NCBI RefSeq assembly: GCF_001194135.2
Contig: NC_068984.1
Span: forward strand, 92,613,555 to 92,646,434
DNA from: Octopus bimaculoides
Taxonomy: Eukaryota
Length of the DNA stretch: 32,880 nucleotides
Reading direction: 5' to 3'
Every line of letters begins with the position of its first letter. Positions within the stretch are counted from its first letter, which is position 1. Positions 21,591 through 32,880 of the stretch are shown piece after piece. The notes beneath the pieces are model-generated. The model was not told the DNA's origin, did not search any database, and saw only the letters and a list, made by a program, of their open reading frames with translations. Position numbers and translations under genes: made by a program.

Positions 21591-22643
21591 AAGGGTGGGT
21601 GGAAGTAGCTGGAAAGAAAATAGCGATGGTGGTGACAAGGTATCTCAAGATACAAGAAAATGAGCATAAAAAAGGACACAAAGAATTGGAACGGATAGAT
21701 GGATAAGCTCATTAGAGTGTGAGGAGTGACAGATAGTTGGAGATGGATATAGAGGTTAATATAGTGAATAGAAGAAGGATGGAGATGTGGTCAATAGAAA
21801 ATATCAGTATGGTGGCCTAAAAGAAATAGGAATGGATCTGTAAGGAGGTGATAAGTAGTAGTAGAGAAAGGGAAGAGATAAGCAGTATAATGAATCTGTA
21901 GAGAGATCAGAAAACAGGGAGCTGATGTGTTGGGTAGGAGATTAGGGGATGAGAGAGAGATGTACAGTGATAGGGATAGACATCAGAGGAATGTAGGGGT
22001 GGCTATAGTGAGTATGGGACAAAGGTAGGGAGAAGCCATTGACAACGGATGATGAGACAACAGGTGATGAGAGTGATAGCAGATAAGAGAGGGTGTTACA
22101 GATGAAGTATGGCAGTCATAAGATGTAGCTCAGAGAGACAGAACTGGCAGCAGAGAAAGAAGTGATCATTGGAACTAAATTGGGAGGGAATGATATTGAG
22201 AGTTAAGGATAAGAATGAATTTTAAAAGGTGGAGAGAGAAATATAGCTCAAAGTAGGAAGAAATACAAGCATATTATGCTCTCATATGATTATTGAAGAT
22301 GCTTAGTGCCATAAATACAAGAGTGAAAAAATGGATCTTAGGAAGATGAGAGGTGGGGAAGGCTTGACAAGGAGAGAATGGGTGTAGGGGCAGGGTTCAG
22401 TGAATATATAGGTATAAATATAATGTATTTTAGGATTTGGCTTTCATTGAGATGGATAGGTCTTTTTGAGCACAGCAAATAGCCAGTCATCTCTCCTTGA
22501 TGCTCAACATCTTAAGATCAGCCTTCACTATTTCATACTATGTTTTCCTGGATCTCCCTCTTCCACAAGTTCCATCCATATATAGCAACTGGCACTTCTT
22601 TATACTGCTGTTTTCATTCATATGTTTCACATGACCATACTAG

Positions 22644-22944
22644 CTGGCAGAAACGTTAGCAGGCCGGGCGAAATGCTTAGCAGTATTTCGTCTGCCGCTA
22701 CGTTCTGAGTTCAAATTCCGCCGAGGTCGACTTTGCCTTTCATCCTTTCGGGNNNNNNNNNNTATTTCGTCTGCCGCTACGTTCTGAGTTCAAATTCCGC
22801 CGAGGTCGACTTTGCCTTTCATCCTTTCGGGGTCGATTAAATAAGTACCAGTTATGCACTGGGGTTGATATAATAGACTTAATCCATTTGTCTGTCCTTG
22901 TCTGTCCCCTCTGTGTGTAGCCCCTTGTGGGTAGTAAAGAAATA
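22644..22944 (+). mobile_element. Young tRNA-derived SINE with a Meta/MESC-like core and an ATACTAG target-site duplication
   Basis: gagttcaaattcc B-box; gtcgactttgcctttcatcctttcggggtcgat core; ATACTAG at 22637-22643 and 22945-22951. Confidence 0.8.
22753..22762. other. 10-N gap flanked by an identical 69-bp duplication (probable assembly artefact)
   Basis: 22684-22752 is identical to 22763-22831. Confidence 0.9.
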
Positions 22945-23329
22945 ATACTAGTACAGTCTTCTCTCTTTCACACATATGAATTTCTCTTGTACCCAATTTT
23001 TCTCTCAACACTTTGCACTTCGTCATATTCTTTGAAAAGAATGCATAATTTTTTTTTTTTTTTTTTGCTGTCCTGAAAAACTTGCACACTTCTTTGGTTT
23101 TACACAACCCCAACCACTAAGTCATACATATATCTACAAGTTTACTATTTATGACCTATGATGATGAAAATATGTAATTCCCCATTATTTATTAATGTTT
23201 AATATTGGCAAAACCACATAGCTGTATAGTGCCTCATGAATTTATAAAATAGTAAGAAATCAATATTTTAATTTTTCCTTACAGATTCAGGCTTAAGTAA
23301 ATAACACAACCAGATTCTCACCAGTCACA

Positions 23330-24178
23330 GCATTCCCCACCTCCACTCCCTACTTGCAACTTCTTGGCAGTACCATACCAGCACCTGCCACCATTCATCT
23401 CCCTCTTCCTTACTCTATCATCCTATCTGTGCCCTGATCACCCATTCCTTGTGAGTATACCAACACTTACTGCCATCTCTTTCCTGCTCTTGCAGTCTCC
23501 TACTCTCTCTCTTTCTCTTTCCCTTGCTCTTCCTTCTGGTTGAGTAATCATGTATCTCCTCTACAACAAACTTGTTCTGCCCTTATTTGTGATCACTCTC
23601 TCTTCCTCCTTCTCTTGCTCTTATCTTTAGCTAGGTAACCATGTATCTCCTTTACAGCAGCACATCTCTTTCTTGCTAGATCCCCCTTTCTCTCTGGGTA
23701 ACCATGTCCCTCCTCTTCAGCAGTACACCTGTTTCTGCCCTCATTCTTGTTAACTCTTGCTCTCTTTCTTTCCCTCTTTCTGGCTGGGTAATCATGTACC
23801 TCCTCTACACCATGACATCTATTTCTGTCTCTCTGTCACACTCTAACCTGACACAAGATCACCTCCTCCAAAACTCCCTGACCTCTCAAAGATACCTTGT
23901 CTTGCAAGTTACTTGTTGACCCTGCCAGTGCAGGTGCCACTTAAAATGCACTCAGTCCACACTGTAAAGTAGTTGACATTTGGAAGGGCATCCAGCTGTA
24001 AACACCATGCTAAAACTGACCTCACTTGTACAAGTGCCAAATAAAAAGCACTCAGCTCACTGTATGGAGTGGTTGGTGTTAGGAAAGGCATCCAGCCATA
24101 AAAATCTTGCCAAACCGTCAAACCCATGCCAACACAGGAGGACATTAAACAATGATGATGATGATGCTGATGATGATT
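23330..24178 (+). mobile_element. RTE 3' UTR (pyrimidine-rich, four GTAAYCATGT-anchored units) and (GAT)n tail
   Basis: Ends gaaaggcatccagcc...ggacattaaacaatgatgatgatg, like 1-320. Confidence 0.7.
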
Positions 24179-24204
24179 TCATTCCATTTTATTATTACTA
24201 CTCT

Positions 24205-24770
24205 TGTTTTGTATTTTCTGTTCTCTCACTTAGCATGCCTTTTTTTCAAAACTAAATTTCGACAAATTTATTATCTTAATAATTAATCATTGTTCAGTTT
24301 TCATTGTAAATGACTTCCAATAAAGTTATAAACAAATAGACAAGTTATTCTTTCCTGCTTTCTTATTGTCTTCAGTTCTTTCACTCAGCAAACCTATTCA
24401 TCAACAAACTCTTAAATGAATAATTATACAAAATTGTTATCTTAATAATTAATCACTCTTTAGCTTTCATCATAAATTGCTTCAGACAAAATTATAAACA
24501 AGACCAGTCTCTCTTGTCTTATTTCTTATTGTCTTCTATTCTCTCACTTAGCAAGCCTGTTTCTCAACAACTCTACATAATGAGGAACTAGTTACTCTAC
24601 AGTTTTCAATGTAAAGTGCTTTGCATAAGACTAATAAACAACTAAAAAGAAGTTTTTCTGTCCTCTCATCCAGCAAGCTTAATTTTCATAAAATTCTAAA
24701 TAAATAATTAGAGAAATTATATTATCCTAACAATGAGTTACACCTCAGCTTTCATCTTAACTTGTTCTAC
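24205..24770. repeat. Degenerate tandem array of about 120-165 bp units (about 3.5 copies)
   Basis: ctcacttagca-like anchors end at 24235, 24390, 24553 and 24675; ttatcttaataattaatc occurs at 24271 and 24437. Confidence 0.75.
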
Positions 24771-24799
24771 TTTCTTTTCCTCTAACTAACATCCCTTGT

Positions 24800-26310
24800 T
24801 GAATAAACTGATGAATGTCAAGAAAGCCAACAATTCAAGAAGAAATCTAAGATGAACTTAAATTATCAAATTGAAGAACTCAGTTTTATCAGTATAAAAA
24901 TCAGCAAAGGGCACTCCTCCCAACAGAATGATTGCAGAAGTATTAGAGAGCTATAGTTTCTGTTGCTCAATAGCACAAATAGAAAGGAAAAAGAATGAAT
25001 TTATTAGTGATGTCATTTATGAATCTATTAGACAACTCAAAGATGAGGCAAGCACAGAGATACTAGCAACAAAGGTTCCCCAGGATCCATAAGGGACCAG
25101 AATGAAGAAACTACTGTCATGTTTGAGGATGATGCCAAGAAAATGTAAATGACCCTGGCCAACCCCAACGCCTCCTTTCAGGGCAATGATGGAGAGAATG
25201 GAACTGACAAAAGTGAAATTATCACTGCCACAAAGAGAACCATCTGATCAATATGAATATGAGAACCACCTGATAAATATGAATATGAGAACCATTTGAT
25301 AAATATGAATAAGCTCAACAATAGTCACAGAACACTAAATCAACAAGACACACTCAAACAAATCCATAATTTGCAGAACACTAGCAGTAAAGCAGGTGAA
25401 CCAACTAAAGAAGACATCATGACATCTACAACTACCAAAAATACAAAGAGCAAATGCAGTGCAAACTGCAGCAATCAAGCAACAAACTTTTCTGAATGTC
25501 AACACAAAAAATAGTGCAGTAGCCAACCTAGTTACAAACAAAACTGAGCCAAAGCCTTGCACACCCACACACAAGACCAACACAAATAACATACATTGGG
25601 TGGCCGGCTCTGCCACCTACCGAAACATCACGACCAATTACTAAATATCAGAGACTAGCTGCAGCTCAACAACTAGAAGCAAAATTTCCTATATGAGAGA
25701 GCTTCTCACATGCAAACAATTAATGTATAGCACTAACAGAAACATAAATCTAGAAACATAACAGATGTAGAGATACACAGAGTAAATTATGTTGTATTTC
25801 ATACATGCAGAAAAGAAAGAAGTCATGGTGGAATTGCCAAGTACATCCACCATGATGTCATGGCCTTAACCCTGTTGTCACATTCACACTTGCTCTGTGT
25901 CACATTAACAGTACATATATAAACAGCTAGAGTAAGTTATAAGTACATATTATTATCCACATGATGTCTCATATCATGGTGGTAAATTTGAGGAAAACCT
26001 TCAAGTAATTAAAGAAGTATTAAAACTAGAACAATACATTGATATACTTCTATTGGGAAACTTCAACTTCACCAACATTAAATGGCTCAAAGGTAACATA
26101 ATCTCAAAAATGTCAATCCAAGAAAAAAGACAAGCAAAACCACCTCTTGATCTCACTAAAATACTGTTCATGGAACAAATAATATCATGGACCTCTGCTT
26201 CACTAATAACATGTGAAAGCAACACCAACAATTTTCTCAGACCACACCATAGTAGAACTGTTTCACACTAATAGCAGAATCCCTGCATGGCCACAGCCTC
26301 TGGCTGGAAC
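24800..26310 (+). mobile_element. Decayed CR1/L2-group LINE 5' part (ORF1-like region and APE endonuclease)
   Basis: RKERSHGGIAKYIH; ILLLGNFNFTNIKW...EKRQAK..LDL..LFMEQII; LCFTNN. The ORF1 assignment is weak. Confidence 0.65.
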
Positions 26311-26376
26311 AAATAAAAGTAAAGGGTATTAACATATGTATGTATGCATGCATCTGTATATATTATATATATTCTT

Positions 26377-29300
26377 CATCATTTAACATCCCTTTCTCCA
26401 TGCTGACATGGGTTGGACAGTTTAAAAAGGAACAGACAAGCAAGAGTGTTATGTTGAGCTTCATTGTCTGTTTTAGCATGGTGAGATTATCAAGTACCTG
26501 CAAGACAAGATCCCCTTAGCTGGAAACAGTATAGTAAAGAGGGATATGAAAATAGTATTGAGGGATAGGAAGAGGTGTCTTTCTAAAGAGATAAATATAT
26601 GGCTTGCATATATGGAAAGAGAGAGAGAAAAATGTGAGGTCAAGTTATAAGGTAAATGTGAAAGACAGAATAGGATAGAGGAACAGAAAAGGTGAGTGGA
26701 CAGGTAAGTGTACTGGAGTGAAAATAATGAGATAGATAATTAGATATAAGGAATAAATTGGACATGGAGAATATCAGTCTGACAGAGGGAAAGTGAAGGA
26801 AAGAAATAGGGTACTGCAAAAGAGTGACAGAAGAATGAGTGTTAGAAGATTTGTTATAGGGAAAGGCTTGACAGAACCTCATTTTTGTTGAGACAGACAG
26901 GTCTTCTCAACATCTTAAGCTCTTCCACAGCTTCCTCATCCATCTGCATCATATGACCATAGCAACACAGTGTTCTTTTCTGCACACTACATATGGTGTT
27001 CCTTATGGCCAATTTTTCTCTCAACAAATTTGCACTTCATTGTACATGTGTACTGACATTACACATCCATTGGACCATGCCAGTTTCATTTCTTTCTGGT
27101 GTTCATATCCTCTACCCTCACAGCCCAAGTTTTACAACCATATAGCATTACTGTTCATATACAAACATCATACAAAACTGCCTTTTACACTGAGAGAGAG
27201 GCCTTTTGCAATAGTCCTCTAAACTTTCTCCAGTCAATTCTTATTTTAGTAACTATAATTTCAGAACATCCTCTTTTACTGCTAATTAGGCCAATGTAAG
27301 TAACAGAAACTATCTATCTCCAGGAAGCCTACTAAGCATTCTAGAACATCTATTACCCATGTCCTCTAAGAATTTATTGCCCCTATGCATCTGGCACAAA
27401 CTAAGCCTACTTTCTGTTAACCTCCCCGTGATTCCACTACACCACCTATGCATCCATAGTTTGCAGAGTACACTGTAAGTCATTTTTGCCAAAACCTCCT
27501 CTACATCAGGATGTTCAGGCTAAATTTAACAGTTTTTTTTATGTCTTCTTTTTTTTTTTTTTTCAAGAACAGCTTGACATATTGGTGTTGTTGTAGTTGA
27601 GGAAAAGTTCACCAGCATGAAAGACTGGAAGCTTTGTAAATATTGGAAAAGGGTTACCTGTATCATGATGATTCACACCAGATATCAAAACGACTGCTGC
27701 CCAATGTTCTGTAAAGAATATAAAAGCTGTATGATATGACATGGGCAGCTGCAACAGAGACTATGAAGCTGTGATCATCAGGAAGGGACACAGAAGACAT
27801 TCCAACTGTATCCACATGCCAGCATTCATCCAACAACTACAGGAACAGGGCCTTAGGCTCAATTCAGATGGCTATGAGAAACTGCTGGAGACTAGTCAAA
27901 ATACAGTTGGAGAGGGTTGCTGCTGGAAGGCCATGTCTGGTAGCAGGATTCGGCTCCTTGCCATACCCCTTGAAAGAGTCAGAAGTGGTTGCTGGAGGAT
28001 TCCTACAACTTCACCAACCCTAATTTCTGACCTCCTAATTCTACCAATTGAAATCCATGGATTACTATGTGTGGGGCATGGTTGAGAAAGTCACCAACCA
28101 CTCTGCTAGCAACACCAAGGCTGAGCTGGTGGCCAAAATCAAGGAAATATTTGAAGACCTTCTTGGAGCACAGTGAGGAATGCATGCACCAGATTTTGGA
28201 GTCATCTCGAGCCATGGAAGAAGATGAGGGCAGTTACTTCAAATAAACTGTTATCTCCCAGTCATTATCTAGCTGGTATTTTTTGACTTTTTAAAATACT
28301 TTTATTTTTGGATGGGATATTGTTTTCTTTACCTTTTATGTGAACTAGCCTGAACACCATGTATAGAACAAGGCCATTTACCCAAATGAATTAGTGTCCT
28401 ATCTGTTTTCCTGCTAACTAGAACTTTGATTTTTGTTAAGTCAACTTTAAGACCCTCTAACTCCAGGTTTTGTTTCCACACATGGAATTTGTTTGCTAAT
28501 TTTACTAGATTCAGCTCTAAGAACAAGATCATCAGCACAGAAAAATTCATATGGGCAGCTAGTCTTAAATTATTCTATTATGGCCTGGAGGATTATGATA
28601 AATAGGAGGGGATTAATAACCAAATCCTGATAATTCATACCTGTGTACTAAATTCATTACTGTACTCATTAACTCTCACTTTGCTGACAGTATCCCTGTA
28701 CGTGGTTTGAACAGCTTTCACATGTCATTCATTTACCCTTAGTTTTGTAATGACCATAAAATAAGGTGCAAGACAGTCAAAATTTTTCTCCAGGTTGATG
28801 AATGCTATGTACAGTAGTTATTATTATTATTATTTGGCTAAATACTTCTGCAACAGGCAAACAATAAAGAGAACAACAGTGCTTCTCTCCAGCACAGAAC
28901 CAAACTGCATCTCATCTAGGTTAACTTTGTTGCCTATTAATTTCGCCAGGATTCTTTCAGTGGCTTACATAATCTAGTCCACTAGTTTGATACCTCTGTA
29001 ATTACTTCTCTCTCAAGCATCTTCTTCACCCTTGTAACAGTTAATCCCATGGTCATTCATGATTGAAAGGGGGTCTTTACTATAATGCTGCTACACTAGC
29101 ATTATATAACAGCTGACTATAATATGCTACATAACCTAGTTCAGTAGTATGATACCTTTCTATACAACCTGATTAATTACATGGGTGACTAGGCCATATC
29201 CTACTCTGCTTGATATTTTCAGCATCTCAGCAGTAATATCCAATGGACCATGGGCTTTCTTAATCTTCATGTTCTTAATTACTTTTTCTATGAGAACTGC

Positions 29301-30400
29301 CATCAACAAGAATGGCTGTACCGCTTGTCAAGTTCACATCAGGAAGACTGTTTTTCTCCCATGCATTCTCCACATTTAGTAGCCTTTCATAATATCACTT
29401 CCATGCCTTTCTTTTTTCAGAATCACCAAGTGTATGCTTATTCCTCTGTGCATACTTCTCTCCCATAACATCTTGATTTTCTATAAAACACTGTCTTGCA
29501 ATCCAGAACACCTCATGTCTTTGGTCTTCATGCTGTAAAACATAGGCAACCTCATTTTTTTTTCTACTTCTCTCCTTGCTAAACAGACTTGTTTCCTAGT
29601 TTCTCTTCTAGCAACCTGGAATAGTTCTTTGCTGCTCTCATTTTTCCAAACCTTTCATTTCACTTTTACTGCTCTGTCTACTTCCCTGTTCCACATAACT
29701 CTTGGTCTGGCTGGAATATTGCACAAATCTCAGATTTGGTCTGTAATCCTCAATAGGTTGTCCTGTTAAGAACTTCCAATTGTTCTTTATATTATATGTC
29801 TCTATCTCCTTTTCATCAAATGCTTCAATTAGTATGTCTCTGAATCTCCGTTTGAAGGATCCTTAAGCTTCTATATTTTTATCTTTCAGATTGCTTTGTG
29901 TTTCTAAGTCCTTCCAGTTTGAAATTACTAACAACTAATCTATGTTGTGTAGTAAATTCTTAATCCGGAAAGTTCTTTGCATTCACAAGCAACTGCCTAC
30001 TCCATTTTCTTGTGAGAATGTAGCCAATCTGGTTTGTATGCTCACCAGATTCATAGGTGACCAAATGGCTAGTCAGTTTCATGAAGTTAATATTGCACAT
30101 CAACAAGTCATTAGCATCACAGAACTCCAGCCATCTTCTTTTCTCATTTAGAACATTAGAGAGGTAGAGTTTGTGGATGGTTGATGGGTTGGATGTGGTG
30201 CTGAAGAAGGAGCAAGAACTCCTGAAATATGCATATACACCCATTACTTATCTTTCCATCTTAGATCATATTGTTGTTTACATTAGATGCATTTGGATAC
30301 AAAATGTCATAACAAACCAGTGCTGGCTATAATTGCCGTAGATAAGTTGTAGAGATAACCTTAATAGTATGATGCATATCAAGTAGCAGGAGCATTTCCA
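26377..30400 (-). mobile_element. Near-complete decayed RTE LINE (APE, RT, Cys-rich insert, C-terminus, UTR, tail), interrupted by a maT transposon
   Basis: LEFCDANDLLMCNINF..SHLVTYESG..QIGYILTRK (APE); AHGPLDITAEMLK; KGDALERSNYRGI; MQFG; CADDLVL (YADD box); WKQNLELEGLKV; GKWPCSI; (CAT)n tail at 26377. Confidence 0.9.
27504..28361 (+). mobile_element. Internally deleted Tc1/mariner-superfamily DNA transposon, maT (DD37D) family, with TA target-site duplication
   Basis: Inverted ends tacatcaggatgttcaggcta and tagcctgaacaccatgta; TA at 27502-03 and 28362-63. The decayed transposase reads QGLRLNSDGY...W*QDSAPCH...PPNS..NP(M)DYYVWG, with 37 residues between the last two Asp after one frameshift correction. 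Confidence 0.88.
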
Positions 30401-30544
30401 CTGTATGATGATATCAGGTATCCAATGACTGTCAACAAGTTTTGCATAACATTCTACAAGGTTTTTTTTTACCCAAACCTTATTTAACTTATACAAACAT
30501 ACATATACTTACATAGACACACACACAAACATATATATACATAT

Positions 30545-30600
30545 AGGCAGGGCTATGTGGTAAGAAGCTTGCTTTCCAACCACATAGTTCCAGGTTCACT
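30545..30600 (+). mobile_element. SINE head fragment
   Basis: ggctatgtggtaagaagcttgctttccaaccacatagttccaggttca matches the start of 20932. Confidence 0.75.
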
Positions 30601-31483
30601 CTAAATCCCAATCCCAATCATATCTTTACAACCTAAACCCTTATATACAAAACCTAAACTTAATCTTAAATCCTAACCTTGATCCCTAATGCTAGCACTA
30701 TCTTTTGTGTAGAATCAATCTCCTGTGCTTTAAGCTTCTAGAAAAAATCTTTAAAATGAAAAACTTACTGCCAGGCACAAACTTTAGAATTAAGCAGAGC
30801 AAAAAATAAAACTGATAAACAATTGTAATTTTGAAAAACTTTTTATTTGCAGAAATGTAATCTCTGGTGCTTAAAATATAGAAATTGGAAGAAATTTTGA
30901 AGAAAAAAAAAAGAGATAAAACATAAAAGTTATGTGGCATGTTTAGCTGAAACTTCATCTAACAATAATATTAGGGCAACAGACGTTCCAATGAAATATT
31001 TTTACAAATTCATATTCTAAGAAATTTCCTATAATTTTGATTTCTCAAATTTACTGAATTTTATAACTCCAATTTCTTGCAAATTTAAATATTCATTACA
31101 TTCGTTGCGTTCAATTCTTCACAAATTTAAATATTCATTGCATTCACTGCGGAGTATTTCATTTTCACTTGAAAAGTCTCTCACTTTCTCTTTTAATGTT
31201 TCCATTTCAAGTTTTAATTTGCTATTTAGAAAACCGACAGTTTATTCTATTAATGTATACGTAATGTAAAAACATTATTTATTGAATGAAATTTTTAAAA
31301 AATACCCCTATAATTTTTATAAAAAATTTTTAAGTGATTTTGTTGTTATGGTTGTTTGGAATGCTATAAGCCTTACAATAATAACTATTGTGACCAATTT
31401 TGGCCATTTTTCTTTTTAACTTAAAAACCATGGAAGGAGCCTTTTTGGTAAACAAAAAACAACATAAACTGTAAATATTTTCC

Positions 31484-31640
31484 AAACTCCTCTCTCCAAC
31501 CCCTTGCAAAAATTCTTTCCCATAAATCCCTATATACTCTGAAGTCACAACATCTAAGCAGTATTTGTGGAAAATTTTGTTAAAAAGTATCCATTTCTCT
31601 GGATGTTATGAGGCAACAAAGTTGGGGGTGTATACATCTG
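31484..31640 (+). repeat. Dispersed copy of part of the 10795-10950 element
   Basis: aaactcctctctcc and gtatttgtggaaaattt..aaaaagtatccatttctctgga.gttat..g.aacaaagttgg align with 10795-10940. Confidence 0.7.
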
Positions 31641-31872
31641 TAGTAATGCCCTTTTATGTATATGAGTTTTTCATTTCATGTTTATTTCATTCATTGTTTG
31701 CAATGTTCTCTCCCCAGCCCTCTTTCTCACACACACACACCCAGAGGGCAGTCTTTCTGCTAGTACTATATAATATAATATAATAATGATATGATATATA
31801 ACATTAATAACTGTTTGACATTACGATGTACCTCTCACTGAAGAATTTGTACAAACCCTTATGTATGTATAT

Positions 31873-32038
31873 ATCATCATCATCATCATTTAGCGTCTGC
31901 TTTCCATGCTAGCATGGGTTGGACGATTTGACTGGGGACTGGCAAACCAGATGGCTACACCAGACTCCAATCTGATTTGGCAGAGTTTCTACAGCTGGAT
32001 GCCCTTCCTAATGCCAACCACTCCGAGAGTGTAGTGGG

Positions 32039-32039
<1 letters not shown>
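31873..32039 (-). mobile_element. RTE 3' tail fragment
   Basis: (ATC)n-ttagcgtctgctttccatgctagcatgggttgg..., the reverse complement of about 150-320. Confidence 0.8.
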
Positions 32040-32069
<30 letters not shown>

Positions 32070-32070
<1 letters not shown>

Positions 32071-32250
32071 GTTGAAATTTATAGAAAAACAAAGGACGAA
32101 GATAGGTGTATGAATATCAAGCAAGTGTATTAGCTTGACGCTCAGGAAAAATGAAAAAGCCTTTTACATTTTGAGTCTATGCTCTTCAACAGAAAGGAAT
32201 AAGAGAAAATAAACTGAAAGAGAATGAAAAAAAAGGTGTAGAGTTCAGCG
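32070..32250 (-). mobile_element. Second, more decayed copy of the family 2 Penelope-like repeat
   Basis: Aligns with 9715-9885 (gaaatttat.gaaaaacaaa.gacgaaga.aggtgta...gtattag.ttga.gctc.ggaa...cagaaag). Confidence 0.7.
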
Positions 32251-32264
32251 GTCCAGCATGGCGA

Positions 32265-32269
32265 ATACA

Positions 32270-32307
<38 letters not shown>

Positions 32308-32880
32308 TATACAATTGATATTGATAATTGCCCACTTATTTATGTATATTTGAAACCCTTTGGAATAACTACATATCCCACATCTCACATTACCACTGCC
32401 CCTATGATCTCATAAAACTACTTTTACGTATCCTTAGCAACAATTTAATAACCTTTAAACATACATACATTCTTTGATAACCATTAATATATGTGTATGT
32501 GATTGCATATGTGTACGAATGTGTATGTGTGTGTGTGCATATGAATAAGTGTAGGTATGCATGTGTATGTATGTATATACACATATATGTATGTGCGTGA
32601 ACATGTGTATATGTATACATGTGTGTGTGTGTATATATATGTGTGTGTGTGTGTATATATATGTGTGTGTGTGTGTGTATATATATGTGTGTGTGTGTGT
32701 ATATATATGTGTGTGTGTGTGTGTACATTATATATATGTGTGTATATATGTATATATAACTGTATGCATGTAGGTGTGTATTTATGTATGTGTGTATGCA
32801 TAAATATACATATCTATGTGTGTATATTTGTATATGCATGTGTATGCACATGCAAGTGTGTGAGCATATATGTATGCTTA
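32265..32880. repeat. (TG)n and compound (TG)/(TA) microsatellite tract
   Basis: Directly visible, densest at 32265-32310 and 32480-32880. Explains the HTHT/VCVC ORFs. Confidence 0.95.

Larger units (their letters stand above)
21600..23035 (-). mobile_element. RTE LINE 3' fragment (C-terminus plus a long UTR that is purine-rich on the + strand), split by a SINE
   Basis: LREKLGTREI (22960-23035) continues after the SINE as YGHVKHMNENSSIKKC..GTCGRGRSRKT (22455-22643). The UTR extent is approximate. Confidence 0.65.

Noticed and set aside
32402-32851. His/Thr- and Val/Cys-rich ORFs (also 1056..1445, 9172..9777, 10180..10443)
   Set aside because: Microsatellite translations or ORFs spanning an N gap.
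19605-32880. CRPPA N-terminal exon (PAGG..R...PKQ motif)
   Set aside because: A manual scan of the minus strand found no such motif with a phase-2 donor. Most of the region is assignable to repeats. The exon probably lies beyond the window, though a miss by eye is possible.

Overview
AT-rich, repeat-dense animal genomic DNA. The SINE/LINE repertoire suggests a cephalopod, most likely Octopus (inference). The window lies inside one large minus-strand gene, CRPPA/ISPD (D-ribitol-5-phosphate cytidylyltransferase). Six coding exons are resolved: 19442-19602, 18946-19046, 8796-8945, 8435-8539, 6953-6998 and 1683-1771. All have AG/GT splice sites and join into one open frame. The N-terminal exon(s) were not found and probably lie right of the window. 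The C-terminal exons are unresolved. The near-invariant IspD motif HDxxRP reads NEAARP here. The introns hold a nearly full-length decayed Helitron (Rep + PIF1 helicase), a HERO-like RLE retrotransposon fragment, many RTE LINE pieces, a DD37D (maT) transposon nested in an RTE, a CR1-like endonuclease remnant, tRNA-derived SINEs, microsatellites and two assembly gaps. Three Penelope-type minimal hammerhead-ribozyme-like motifs from two repeat families are also present. All homology calls are from reading translations by eye; no searches were run.
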